A stretch of 64,000 nucleotides of DNA from Nitrosopumilus sp. (GCA_965214775.1 OZ243974.1:2464001-2528000); one strand, 5' to 3'; numbered from the stretch's first letter, positions 50,379-60,613 are shown. The notes: a model not told the origin generated them from the sequence alone. Translations and numbers: made by a program.

Positions 50379-50969
50379 GTGTCTTCTATATGTGTGATAT
50401 TTTCAAAAAAACCCCTGGTTGGCATCATAATGGGATCTAGTTCTGATTCTAGAATCATGAAAGGCGCCGCAGAGATCTTGGATGAATTCAATATAAAACA
50501 CGAAGATCAGATCATTTCTGCGCACAGAACCCCGTCCAGATTGGCCGAATACGCCAAACATGCAGAAAAAATGAACTTTGAGATAATCATTGCAGGAGCC
50601 GGAGGGGCGGCACATCTTCCAGGCATGATCGCATCTCACACGGTAATTCCCGTAATCGGAGTTCCGATTCTTGTATATAATGACAAGCACCATAAAAAAA
50701 CAGATACTGAGAAATTCTCTGCATTTGGGGGGTTGGATTCGCTACTGTCCATTACAGAGATGCCGTCCGGCTCTCCTGTCGTAGCTGTTGGAGTCAACAA
50801 GGCAGGCAATGCCGGAATTTACGCAATGAAAATCTTGGCAAACAAGCTTCCCGAATTAAGAAAAAAACTGCAGCAGCACAAATCTGATCAGCACGAATCT
50901 GTCGTCAAGGAGTCTGAAATGATGAAAAAACAGGGACTGTCTGATTTTGCAAAAAAAAGGTTCAGATGA
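50379..50969 (+). CDS. purE: N5-CAIR mutase
   Basis: IMGSSSD, SAHRTP, AGAGGAAHLPG. Confidence 0.95.
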   Translation: MSSICVIFSKKPLVGIIMGSSSDSRIMKGAAEILDEFNIKHEDQIISAHRTPSRLAEYAKHAEKMNFEIIIAGAGGAAHLPGMIASHTVIPVIGVPILVYNDKHHKKTDTEKFSAFGGLDSLLSITEMPSGSPVVAVGVNKAGNAGIYAMKILANKLPELRKKLQQHKSDQHESVVKESEMMKKQGLSDFAKKRFR

Positions 50970-50972
50970 TCA

Positions 50973-52184
50973 TCACGTCATTAATTTGAATTGAATGTTC
51001 CTTTGCCTTAGGGATTCGATTAGTTTTTCTGCCTGCTCCTTTCCCTGGGTTTCCAGGCTTAGTGTAACGCCTGCTGATCCTGCATTGATGTCCGAACTCA
51101 GTCTGTCGTGTACCACCTCTACAATGTTTGCATTTGCCATGGTTATTTCATCAACAATCTCTTTGAAGGCCCCCGGCCTGTCAGGCAGCAGAACCGAAAT
51201 TTTGAGCAACCTTCCCATGGTTGCCAGTCCCTTGTCGACAATCTGTCCAAGCAGGTACATGTCCACATTTCCCCCTGCCAGTATTGCGACCACTTTTTTT
51301 CCAGGAGAAGGTTTTTTTGAAATCAGATAAGCCAGGCTTGCAGCACCGGCTGGTTCTACGACAAATTTCATCCTCTCCATTAGCAGAAACATGGCTTTTG
51401 TAATCTCTGTGTCATCTACAAGGACAACATCATCAATCAGCCCGTTAATCACAGAAAAGGTCAGCTGTCCGGGAATTTTTACAGAAATTCCATCTGCAAT
51501 GGTCCTGCTGCTGCCTCCGCTAGATACCAGCGTGCCCTGCTTTACTGACTCGTACATTGAAGGAAATGACTTGGACTGGACCCCTATGACCCTGATGTCC
51601 GGATTTTTCTGCTTGATCGCAATCAGTGTCCCCGCTGCCAACCCTCCGCCCCCTATTGGCAGGTACACTTCATCCACATCCGGCAGATCCTCTAGGATTT
51701 CCAGTCCTATCACTCCCTGGGCTGCTATGATTTGCGGATCATCAAATGCGTGAATCATTGTGGCACCTGTCTCCTTGGAGATCTCTTTTGCCTTTAGGGA
51801 GGATTCGTCATAGTTTACACCCTCCAAGATCACAGTGGCCCCGTACCCCCTGGTTGCAGCAACTTTTGCAGGGGATGCGTTTTTTGGCATTACAATCGTA
51901 CACGGTATGTTCTCCAATGACGAGGCAAAGGCAACGCCTTGTGCGTGGTTTCCTGCCGATGCGGCAACAACGCCTTTCTTCTTTTCTTCATCAGGCAGCG
52001 TTCTGATTTTGTAATACGCCCCTCTGATCTTAAACGAGCCTGTTTTTTGTCTAAACTCCGCCTTTAAGAAGACGTCTGACTCTGTCAGCCTGCTAAATGT
52101 AGGCGAGTGTATCAGGGGGGTTTTCTTTATCTCGTTTCCCCTCATCGAGTTTGCCTTTTCAATTTCCTCATATGCCAGATTCAT
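50973..52184 (-). CDS. ilvA: Threonine ammonia-lyase with C-terminal ACT domain
   Basis: QKTGSFKIRGA, ASAGNHAQG, PIGGGGL, LPDRPG. Confidence 0.9.
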   Translation of the reverse strand: MNLAYEEIEKANSMRGNEIKKTPLIHSPTFSRLTESDVFLKAEFRQKTGSFKIRGAYYKIRTLPDEEKKKGVVAASAGNHAQGVAFASSLENIPCTIVMPKNASPAKVAATRGYGATVILEGVNYDESSLKAKEISKETGATMIHAFDDPQIIAAQGVIGLEILEDLPDVDEVYLPIGGGGLAAGTLIAIKQKNPDIRVIGVQSKSFPSMYESVKQGTLVSSGGSSRTIADGISVKIPGQLTFSVINGLIDDVVLVDDTEITKAMFLLMERMKFVVEPAGAASLAYLISKKPSPGKKVVAILAGGNVDMYLLGQIVDKGLATMGRLLKISVLLPDRPGAFKEIVDEITMANANIVEVVHDRLSSDINAGSAGVTLSLETQGKEQAEKLIESLRQRNIQFKLMT

Positions 52185-52341
52185 TGGAAATGATGCTTGG
52201 TAAATGGCGTATTTGTCTTCTTCTATTGAAAAATTACACCTCTGGCCAGTTTTGTGCGTGATTTTTAGGGAATGCCTAAATAGTTCAAAATTCTCGTTGA
52301 AATCATATCAAGGGATCAGAAGCTCCCCTTTGAGAAGTTTC

Positions 52342-53202
52342 TCATCTTCTGGTTCCTTGGTCTTGTGCTTTGATGATTTGATGAAATTCGTCTAATTTTT
52401 GCATGATGTTTTCTTTTACCGTTCCTGGCATTTTTTTCGGATCAAACAAGCCTTCCCGGTTGTTATCCTTGACAAACTCAAGGTCAAAGGTACAGAGACA
52501 CCCCTCTTCTCCTGTCACTAGCTTTGAGTCATCAATAAGGACGGGAGTGATTTGGTATGTTTCTACCAGCAATGAATCCAGTTCCCTGAACAGCCTTGTT
52601 TTTCTTTCTGATAATTTTTGAAAATTTGTCCCCCCTGATTTTTCAATCTCCGCATAAATTTTTTCCCTAAACTCGTCATTTTCGTAAAAGATTTTAAATA
52701 ATTTTTGATGATCAAAGTCCCTGTATCCCATTTCCCTGAGTTTCTGCAAAACAAAGTCGTCGCTGTTATCTGACAGTTGCTGCTCTTGACTCTTTGTCAA
52801 ATCCACAACCTCTGCCAATTCTTTCTGACAGTCGATTACCCTCTGGTCTGGTTTGTAGTACAATAATACGTGAAACTGAATTGAGACGTGTCCTGAAACC
52901 AGGTAGTTGCCCTCGATGATTTCAAACTTTGCAAAAATTCTTCTAATGTCTTCATTGTTTGAGATAGAGACATCCTGGATGGACCATCCTTTTAATTTTT
53001 GAACAGTCATTTGGAAAAAATCCGATATTTTTTTCGGATCAAATGTTTTTTGTTCTGTTACCGTGGAATCCCCCATCATGACTTTGACTGGAACAGTGTC
53101 AGACAGATTTTTGATTTTGTTTAGGAACGTACTCTGGATCTCCTCATTTTTTGTGTTTAGCAATCGAATGAATTCATCGGGGGATCTAGCTCCAAGCCTC
53201 AC
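52342..53202 (-). CDS. Conserved hypothetical protein
   Basis: 286-aa ORF, backbone-like composition. Confidence 0.75.
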   Translation of the reverse strand: MRLGARSPDEFIRLLNTKNEEIQSTFLNKIKNLSDTVPVKVMMGDSTVTEQKTFDPKKISDFFQMTVQKLKGWSIQDVSISNNEDIRRIFAKFEIIEGNYLVSGHVSIQFHVLLYYKPDQRVIDCQKELAEVVDLTKSQEQQLSDNSDDFVLQKLREMGYRDFDHQKLFKIFYENDEFREKIYAEIEKSGGTNFQKLSERKTRLFRELDSLLVETYQITPVLIDDSKLVTGEEGCLCTFDLEFVKDNNREGLFDPKKMPGTVKENIMQKLDEFHQIIKAQDQGTRR

Positions 53203-53274
53203 AAAATCATGCCGCCTAGCCCTCTCCTTAAACCTTCATTAATGTCTAAATACATAAAATCATACTTTTTCATT

Positions 53275-53400
53275 GTGAAGGAGAAAGGCAAAATCCTGTG
53301 CGAGCATTGTGATGGCGAAATCACAGAATACTATCATGAAGGATATGAGGGAAATAGGGGCAAATGTCCTAAATGTGGCGCCGATTTTCCTTTAGAGTAG
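53275..53400 (+). CDS. Small zinc-ribbon protein
   Basis: CEHC..CPKC; abuts the cyclase gene. Confidence 0.6.
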   Translation: MKEKGKILCEHCDGEITEYYHEGYEGNRGKCPKCGADFPLE

Positions 53401-54234
53401 GTGAAAAATATGTCCGATGAGCCAAAAACCAAAAACACTGAATCCAAGGAGGCTCCTGAAAACAAGGAGCAGTCCGCATCTCAAATCAACGTGGTAGACA
53501 TGCTCCTGAGTACAAACCGCGAGAAGATTTTAGATTCTGAAACAATGATTCTGGAAACCCAGAAAAGAGTGTGGGGCGCCCTAAAGAAGGGCTATGAATA
53601 TTCAGGCGTAATTGATGATTCTGAAAAATTTCTCAGGAAAAACGTTTTCTCAAAATTGGACATGATGATATTGTATGTTGATTTAGTTGGCTCCACAACA
53701 ATGACACTGGAAATGCCTGAAGAAAAAATTGCGATAATCATCAGTTCGTTTGCACAAGAGATGGCATCCGTCATCCGTCAACACCAGGGATATGTCTTAA
53801 AATTTGTCGGAGATGCGGTAATCGGGTATTTTGTCGCAGAAGGAAACGGCCTGCTTGCAGCAGATAATGCAGTCAATTGCGCAAAATCCATGATCACGGT
53901 GATTCAAAAAGGAATCAATCCCATCCTAAATCAGTATGATTATCCTGACTTGATGGTAAAAGTCGGTGTTGACTTTGGGCAAAACATTATTGTTCGTTAC
54001 GGCTCAGATGTTGAGAATTCCCACGTTGATCTGATGGGGCCCGCAATGAACATTGCAGCTAAGATTCAAAGCATGGCAAAACCCAACCAAATCTTGATTG
54101 GCAGCGACGTATTTCAGAGGTTGCACCCCACAACCCAAAAGGAATTTACCGAAATTATCTGGAAAAACAACGAATGGAAGTACCGTTCACGACTAACTGG
54201 TCAATTATACGCAGTTTATGAACACACGAAATAA
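53401..54234 (+). CDS. Class III adenylate/guanylate cyclase
   Basis: YVDLVGST, KFVGDAV, VGVDFG, GPAMNIAAKIQ. Confidence 0.9.
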   Translation: MKNMSDEPKTKNTESKEAPENKEQSASQINVVDMLLSTNREKILDSETMILETQKRVWGALKKGYEYSGVIDDSEKFLRKNVFSKLDMMILYVDLVGSTTMTLEMPEEKIAIIISSFAQEMASVIRQHQGYVLKFVGDAVIGYFVAEGNGLLAADNAVNCAKSMITVIQKGINPILNQYDYPDLMVKVGVDFGQNIIVRYGSDVENSHVDLMGPAMNIAAKIQSMAKPNQILIGSDVFQRLHPTTQKEFTEIIWKNNEWKYRSRLTGQLYAVYEHTK

Positions 54235-54336
54235 CATCATTGATTGTATGCGGTTGCCTGTCTTTTGGCCATCATTTACACATTCAGTCAAGAAAAATTC
54301 TCAATCAAACTAGGTACTGAACCTGCACATCATCAT

Positions 54337-54517
54337 GTACGAGTTTGCCCCCCACCTGAGATACGGCGTGGCAGACGTGATCATGAAGACTCCATAGTGC
54401 GTGCAGTTGAAAACGGAATATTTTTTTGGCAAAATATGCACGATGTGTCAAAATCGTATTCTATTTTTTGATGTTGGTACTGCAGTCAGCAGTGTAACCT
54501 GGGGGGTAAACTCTTGC
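54337..54517. mobile_element. IS66-derived MITE containing the ~80-bp repeat
   Basis: GTACGAGTTTGCCCC / GGGGTAAACTCTTGC; 9-bp TSD CATCATCAT. Confidence 0.8.
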
Positions 54518-54637
54518 CATCATCATCAAACCGCCGGAACAAAATGAGATGTTGTTTTGCAACTAGAATGGAAATGGCGACAAGGCACACATAAGCTCAC
54601 AACAGATTTTTGAGAATTATTTTTAACAAGGCAAAAG

Positions 54638-54784
54638 CTATACTGTAAAGTTATCCGGACACTCTACGTGCTCATAATGATGTTCTGTGAACTGCTCCTG
54701 AATCACATAGATGACAATCTTGTGTAGGTCCTTATCTTCGATGTCTTTTTTGCATTTTAGACAAATCTTCTTTTTTTCTGCCAT
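54638..54784 (-). CDS. 48-aa zinc-finger microprotein
   Basis: MAEKKKICLKCKKDIEDKDLHKIVIYVIQEQFTEHHYEHVECPDNFTV (CxxC...HxxC). Confidence 0.65.
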   Translation of the reverse strand: MAEKKKICLKCKKDIEDKDLHKIVIYVIQEQFTEHHYEHVECPDNFTV

Positions 54785-55042
54785 ACGTATCAGCGATCTA
54801 AAATGGTAGACTATAAGAGTCAGCGATCAGCTTGAATTGAGCAAAGATGACTGATTTTTTACTAATCGGTATATCAAACATAAGCGGTTGGGCCACACAC
54901 CATGGCACGCAGTCAGGCCACCTACTCCTTACATGCAGGCACAAATTTTGCAATGCGGGTGGTTTTTATGTCTAACAATCATTGATTCTGACACACCAAT
55001 CTGCAACAACCCTTCCGGATCCCCCGAAAATTAAATCCTTAT

Positions 55043-55753
55043 ATGCAATTCTGGACAGCTGAATCTGACATGGAGCAAATGATGAAAAGGGCAGAAATCG
55101 TGCTAGAGGGCATTGTCCAGGGCGTGGGACTTCGCTACACGGTTCGGTACGATGCAGGGATATGCGGCCTCAAGGGATATGTCATGAACCTAAGCGACGG
55201 CACAGTAAAAATCGTATGCGAAGGCAGAAAGGACAGCATCGAGAGGTTTGTTACAATGCTGGAAAATCTCAAGGATCCCATACTCGTACAAAACATTCAA
55301 AAAATCCATTCTGAAAAAAAAGACGAGTTTAAAACGTTTGAGATCAGGCACGAGGGCATGGATGCCCAAGCAACACAAAACATGTCACTTGAACAAAAGA
55401 ACTTCAAACTCTCGCAGACAATACTGGCAGAGATGGTGGAGGGGTTTGGCACCGGTGCCACGTATCTAAAAAAACTGGATTCAAAGCAGGATCAGATGCT
55501 AGACAAGCAGGATCAGATGCTAGACAAGCAGGATCAGATGCTAGACAAGCAGGATCAGATGCTAGACAAGCAGGATCAGATGCTAGACAAGCAGGATCAG
55601 ATGCTAGACAAGCAGGATCAGATGCTAGACAAGCAGGATCAGACAATCTCTGAGATACACAATTTGTCATCAAACGTAAGTGACATGCTAGACTCGAGAT
55701 TTCAAAAACTAGAGTCTGAAATATTCAAAATAAAGCAAAAGTTAGAGATATAG
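55043..55753 (+). CDS. Acylphosphatase fused to a coiled-coil repeat tail
   Basis: GIVQGVGLR, GYVMNLSDGTV; KQDQMLD x7. Confidence 0.85.
   Translation: MQFWTAESDMEQMMKRAEIVLEGIVQGVGLRYTVRYDAGICGLKGYVMNLSDGTVKIVCEGRKDSIERFVTMLENLKDPILVQNIQKIHSEKKDEFKTFEIRHEGMDAQATQNMSLEQKNFKLSQTILAEMVEGFGTGATYLKKLDSKQDQMLDKQDQMLDKQDQMLDKQDQMLDKQDQMLDKQDQMLDKQDQMLDKQDQTISEIHNLSSNVSDMLDSRFQKLESEIFKIKQKLEI
55484..55643 (+). repeat. Perfect 21-bp tandem repeat (7 copies plus a partial)
   Basis: AAGCAGGATCAGATGCTAGAC. Confidence 0.95.
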
Positions 55754-56314
55754 TTGCAGATAATTGATTCATACATTTCAATGTAATGGGATAACCCATG
55801 CCTAGGTAACAATCAGGCGCACGTTTGCCCGCAGCTGTGCTTTTCATGCATGTCCGGCAGGTGGTCGTGACGTTGATTCTGTCTACGGACTATCTGTTAA
55901 TTTCAACACCATAACAGGCAGATAGATGTCCGAACTAGCTCAAGGTACGATCTTGCAAGTAGCATCGTGTGCGTGCAGTTTCTTGGCCATCTTTACAACC
56001 TGTACTTCCTCTCTTGTTACCTGCAATAAGCCTAGTGCATCAGGCCAGGATCGGGTGCGGGATGATGATGATGATGATGACAGGACAGACAAGTATGAAA
56101 AAGGGACACATGGTCTAATGCCGGCCCAGTCATCTCGTCGCATTGCCATCAGGTGTTGTAGAAGAGAATCTTGCATGCATCCAGGTACGCAAGATCGGCG
56201 GCATCCAGAACCACATGATCATAAAAGACTGCTGCCACGCTCAATTCAGTGGCTGCCCAGATGCTTGCCATCAAACGCCCAAAGGCAGAAATATAGCAAA
56301 AATTGCAATAAATT

Positions 56315-56689
56315 ATGGATGACATGGTAATAAGGCAATTACAAGACATCTATGGAATGAATCCAAACACTCCGCACATGGCTTTGCAGTTTCCAAGACT
56401 GCCGCCGGGGCTTTTACATCCCATGTTCAAAATTCATGAAAATCCCGTAAAAGAACAACTCTCAAAACAGGCATCTACAATTAATCAAAAATTGCAGGGA
56501 TTTCAGCACATGTATCAGCAATATGCGGCAGGACTGCTAACGATGAATTCTGCAATCATACCTCCTGGACACCCATTATACACAAGGCAAAATTCAGTTG
56601 AAACACTACAGACAGAAAATGACAAACTTCTCAAAGAAAACCTGGAATTAAAGAAGAAAATACAAAAAGAGTCCGAGCAAAGATCCTAA
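56315..56689 (+). CDS. Hypothetical protein with C-terminal coiled coil
   Basis: 124-aa ORF. Confidence 0.65.
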   Translation: MDDMVIRQLQDIYGMNPNTPHMALQFPRLPPGLLHPMFKIHENPVKEQLSKQASTINQKLQGFQHMYQQYAAGLLTMNSAIIPPGHPLYTRQNSVETLQTENDKLLKENLELKKKIQKESEQRS

Positions 56690-56743
56690 CCTCGTTTCAA
56701 CTTTTGTAACTGGTAAGAATCCTTATAAATTCAGAAACCCACT

Positions 56744-57136
56744 TTGTTCATGGTAAAAACTCCTGCAGACAAGTGGAAGGCAGCAATTGCAAAATACAGA
56801 AAACAGTGCCAGGATATCCTGGGACTTTCAAAAGATATCCGCTATTCTGGCGTAATAAACAGTTACGGCAGAACGTTAACTGGCATAGTCCGTCCTGACT
56901 TGAAACCGTTGTTAAAATCCGAACAAGTCAAAAATGAATTCTTTATAGTTTCGACATTGGTGTCGCTAAGAAAGGAATCCGTTTCAACAGTTGGAAAATT
57001 AGAACACATGGTTTTACATCACCAAAAAGTCACCATAGTACTGTTGCAAAAAAGAGACGTAACATACTATGTCTCAATTAACAAAAAAGAAAAAAACCTG
57101 GAAAATATTGTCTCTTCGATTAAAAAGATAATCTAA
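56744..57136 (+). CDS. Roadblock/profilin-like thaumarchaeal protein
   Basis: IRYSGVINSYGR..G..R pattern. Confidence 0.7.
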   Translation: MFMVKTPADKWKAAIAKYRKQCQDILGLSKDIRYSGVINSYGRTLTGIVRPDLKPLLKSEQVKNEFFIVSTLVSLRKESVSTVGKLEHMVLHHQKVTIVLLQKRDVTYYVSINKKEKNLENIVSSIKKII

Positions 57137-57546
57137 GCGGGGGTAAATCCCTGGTATCCGCTAGTTTGTTGGGCTTTGTCTCCAAAGATCGGCTCGAATA
57201 ACGATATCAGATATCCGTCTGGGTCTACAATGACTGCATTTTTTCCCGCATCCTTTTCTACGATGTCACGATGAATTTTAACTCCTTTTTCTTTTAATTC
57301 ATCAACTGCAGCTTGGACATCTCCTACAAGGAAACCTATTGTGATGCCGTTATCTATTGAACTGCCCACATGTTCGGCAGTCAGCGATGCTGGATGCAAA
57401 CTCAACAGAGCTCCCGTAGTTCCCAGGTCGACCCATGCCCTTCTCTGATTCTTAATTGGAAGTCCAATGATTCCGTTGTAGAACGCTATTGATTTGTCTA
57501 TGTCAGTTACAGCCAAAATCACGTTTCCGACTTTTTTGATGTTCAC
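57133..57546 (-). CDS. VOC/glyoxalase family protein
   Basis: VTDIDKSIAFY..GL, DPDGY. Confidence 0.88.
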   Translation of the reverse strand: MNIKKVGNVILAVTDIDKSIAFYNGIIGLPIKNQRRAWVDLGTTGALLSLHPASLTAEHVGSSIDNGITIGFLVGDVQAAVDELKEKGVKIHRDIVEKDAGKNAVIVDPDGYLISLFEPIFGDKAQQTSGYQGFTPA

Positions 57547-57579
57547 AGATACCTTACCTCAAAGCTCTTTAAATCATTT

Positions 57580-57798
57580 TCACTGAACCTCAACCATGGT
57601 TTCGGTTCTCTCAACACCGGCAATTTTTTGGATTTGATGGGTAACTTCCTTGATTTCTGCCAATTCTTGAACGTCAATTATTGCTACTGCGTCAACCTGA
57701 CCGCTTGTTGGGAATGAATCTGAAACAGAATTCACTCTTCTCAATCTGGCAGCGATTAATTTTTTAGGTGATTTTACCAAAATAATTGCCCTTACCAA
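57580..57798 (-). CDS. Stand-alone Lrp/AsnC ligand-binding domain protein
   Basis: SGQVD..IQKIAGVERTET. Confidence 0.8.
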   Translation of the reverse strand: MVRAIILVKSPKKLIAARLRRVNSVSDSFPTSGQVDAVAIIDVQELAEIKEVTHQIQKIAGVERTETMVEVQ

Positions 57799-58046
57799 CC
57801 CAGATTGACCTCCACCTCGATTAACGTCTCAGTCGTCACAATGTCCTTGATTTTTTTAAAATCAATTACCATGTTGTTGATTTCGTCAATTCCGCCTTGC
57901 AACAATACGCTGATATCTGCTCTTCCTGTAACTACCATTATTTGTTTCACAATCCTTCTTTTTTTCTTTAAAATTTGGACTACGGCATCTACCTTGCCTG
58001 GTTTAACAGTGATTAAACACAACGCTCGCATGCAGTATATACACAT
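57792..58046 (-). CDS. Stand-alone Lrp/AsnC ligand-binding domain protein
   Basis: VKPGK..VTGRAD..IVTTETLI. Confidence 0.8.
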   Translation of the reverse strand: MCIYCMRALCLITVKPGKVDAVVQILKKKRRIVKQIMVVTGRADISVLLQGGIDEINNMVIDFKKIKDIVTTETLIEVEVNLGW

Positions 58047-58063
58047 CCGACTCGGATAAAGAT

Positions 58064-58588
58064 TTAGTCAAATGCCTCTTGTGAGCGTGCCTCTTCAAGA
58101 TATGCCCTTCTTTCCTCATTTACCTTTTCTTGGTCGATCTCAATATCGTCGTCTACAATTACAATTCCCATGTCTCCCATGGGCGGTTCTTTGGATACTT
58201 TTTTCGTGGTTTTTGCCTTACTTTTAGAGGCCGCCTTTGACTTTGTCGTCTTTGTATTTGATTTTGCCGCTGCCTCCTTTTTCTTTGCCGCTGCCTCCTT
58301 TTTCTTTGCCGCTGCCTCCTTTTTCTTTGCCGCTGCCTCCTTTTTCTTTGCCGCTGCCTCCTTTTTCTTTGCCGCTGCCTCCTTTTTCTTTGCCGCTGCC
58401 TCCTTTTTCTTTGCCGCTGCCTCCTTTTTCTTTGCCGCTTTAGTCTCTACTTTTTTTGCAGCCTTTGCCGCTTTAGTCTCTACTTTTTTTGCAGCCTTTG
58501 CCGCTTTAGTCTCTACTTTTTTTGCAGCCTTTGCCGCTTTAGTCTCTACTTTTTTTGCAGCCTTTGCCGCAGTCTTTTTTTCAGCCAT
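58064..58588 (-). CDS. Lys/Ala-rich histone-H1-like protein with acidic C-terminus
   Basis: AAKAAKKVETK x4 and KKKEAAA x8, encoded by perfect 33- and 21-bp repeats. Confidence 0.75.
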   Translation of the reverse strand: MAEKKTAAKAAKKVETKAAKAAKKVETKAAKAAKKVETKAAKAAKKVETKAAKKKEAAAKKKEAAAKKKEAAAKKKEAAAKKKEAAAKKKEAAAKKKEAAAKKKEAAAKSNTKTTKSKAASKSKAKTTKKVSKEPPMGDMGIVIVDDDIEIDQEKVNEERRAYLEEARSQEAFD

Positions 58589-58799
58589 GAATGTCGAAAA
58601 TCAAGAGGCAGTCTAGCTATTAAACATTATGCAGAATCAGATTTTTCAAAAAACATTTTACTTTCCGGCGATCAGTCAATAACAATTTCATATTTTTTTG
58701 ATTTTCTTTAAAATTTTATATTTGTAAAATAAGGCCGTCTTAGTCAATATTTGACTCCCCAGATACCTTATCAAATCCCTTGTTAATTGACTTTAGGAG

Positions 58800-59141
58800 G
58801 TGGAGAAAATAGCAACACTAGCAGATTATGCAACGATTGGCGATTCGGCAAGCTTGGCAAAAATTGGCGATAATGCATTCACCATAACATCAATCGAAGA
58901 TTCTGATTATGTTCAGGGATCTGATGTAACAAAAGGTGTAAAAATCACCACAAGAGAGACGTTTGAAATTGATGGCAATTTCATCAACAAATTCTATACT
59001 ACCAGAGTGGCAATAGTTAAGAAATTCAACAATGAGCGACTGAGAACCGATGTCAACAATGGCAAACCCCTTGGCCCTGTCAAATGTGTCTTGGAAAAAT
59101 CATCATCTGGAAAAAATTTTTACAATTTAATCGATGCATGA
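58800..59141 (+). CDS. Hypothetical protein
   Basis: 113-aa ORF preceded by GGAG and followed by a T-run. Confidence 0.7.
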   Translation: MEKIATLADYATIGDSASLAKIGDNAFTITSIEDSDYVQGSDVTKGVKITTRETFEIDGNFINKFYTTRVAIVKKFNNERLRTDVNNGKPLGPVKCVLEKSSSGKNFYNLIDA

Positions 59142-59421
59142 AAACGATTTTCAACCTTTTCTTTTTTTTCAAAAGATATGGCGTAATCAAAGCCTGTATT
59201 CCATCTGGAAAAAATGCGAGTCAGACCATTGTTTTTGCTTGTTTATTGACATAATTTGAGGTATCGTGTTTCACGCCTTGTTTTTTGTTTTTGTCTGATT
59301 TTTCAGCACGGTATGCTTGTATGCAATACTAGAACAAATCAGCACTTTATCACATGTCATCATTACAGATAAGACCATTTTTGAAAATAGTTTTTTAATT
59401 AATTGCATTGTAGGTAATTGT

Positions 59422-59868
59422 ATGAAATCAAAGATCAGCTGGATTGTTGGATTGTGTAGTATTCCTTTGATTTTGTTGATTGTGATACCTCAAAGCAACA
59501 TTGACTGTACCGGAGATGCCATGTGCATTAAGGGGAAAATCAGCAATATTGTTGATGGGGACACTCTGGATGTGGGCAAGCATCGAGTCCATTTATCATT
59601 GACATCTTCCCCTGAATTGGACCAATTTGGAGGCATTGAGGCCAAAGAATATGTGAAAAAAACGTGTCCTGTGGATTCTGATGTGTTGGTTGATGAGGAT
59701 GATGGCCAAGTTGATGCAAGTCCCGACAGAATAACTGGCAAGGTTTATTGTCAGGGTATTTTATTAAACGAAAAAATTTTAGAGGCACGACATGGCCAAA
59801 TCTCTTCTGTGTTTTGCTCTCAAAGTGAATTTGGAAATGAAGAATGGGCCACAAAATACGGATGTTAG
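59422..59868 (+). CDS. Thermonuclease (SNase)-family protein, membrane anchored
   Basis: IVDGDTL, PEL..GIEAK, LNEKIL..G. Confidence 0.8.
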   Translation: MKSKISWIVGLCSIPLILLIVIPQSNIDCTGDAMCIKGKISNIVDGDTLDVGKHRVHLSLTSSPELDQFGGIEAKEYVKKTCPVDSDVLVDEDDGQVDASPDRITGKVYCQGILLNEKILEARHGQISSVFCSQSEFGNEEWATKYGC

Positions 59869-59874
59869 TTAAAG

Positions 59875-59948
59875 TGCCGCGGGCGGGATTTGAACGCGCG
59901 ACAGCCCGGTCTTCAGCCGAGTGCTCTCCCAGGCTGAGCTACCACGGC
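59875..59948 (-). tRNA. tRNA-Phe(GAA)
   Basis: GCCGTGGTAGCTCAGCCTGGGAGAGCACTCGGCTGAAGACCGGGCTGTCGCGCGTTCAAATCCCGCCCGCGGCA cloverleaf; one C-C mismatch in the T-stem. Confidence 0.92.
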
Positions 59949-59991
59949 ACTTAGAAAAAAGGACTCAGTTGAGGAATTAAAGTTTGTCTTT

Positions 59992-60528
59992 TTAGTTCTT
60001 CCACAAAATATCTCCTCTGTCGCTTCTCTTGTTGATCAAGCGTCCCAGTACAAATAGAAGATCCGACAATCTGTTAAGGTATCTTATGCAGTTAGAGTTA
60101 ATCTCGTCTTTTTCACTCAGGTTGACCACCAACGTTTCAGCTCGTCGAGTCACCGTCCTGACATGGTGTGTTTGGGCTGCAGCAGGAACCCCTCCAGGCA
60201 AAATAAAGTTCGTCAGCAAAGGCAGCTCTGATTCAAATTTATCAATCAGCAGTTCCAGCTTCTCGATCATCTCCAATGACACTCTGTTTTTTGAGTCATT
60301 AAGATTCGGATTAGACAGGTCAGCCCCGACTAGAAACAAGTCATTTTGAACATTTGTCAATGTTTCCGAAATGTCCCTGTCCAGAGAATGGGACAAAACT
60401 ATTCCCAAGGCTGCGTTAATCTCGTCAATGGCCCCATATGCCATGATTCGCCGGTGTGATTTCCCAATACGGAGGTTTCCCTGGAGTCCCGTGCTTCCAT
60501 CATCCCCTGTTTTGGTGTAAATCTTCAT
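59992..60528 (-). CDS. ATP:cob(I)alamin adenosyltransferase (PduO type)
   Basis: MKIYTKTGDDG, YGAIDE, FILPGG, RRAE, YLNRLSDLLF. Confidence 0.93.
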   Translation of the reverse strand: MKIYTKTGDDGSTGLQGNLRIGKSHRRIMAYGAIDEINAALGIVLSHSLDRDISETLTNVQNDLFLVGADLSNPNLNDSKNRVSLEMIEKLELLIDKFESELPLLTNFILPGGVPAAAQTHHVRTVTRRAETLVVNLSEKDEINSNCIRYLNRLSDLLFVLGRLINKRSDRGDILWKN

Positions 60529-60613
60529 GGTGATAATACTATGGGCAATCAACTATTATGTTGTTCGAAAAAATCTCAAAATTCATTACATGGGAAATCA
60601 TGACAAAATCACG

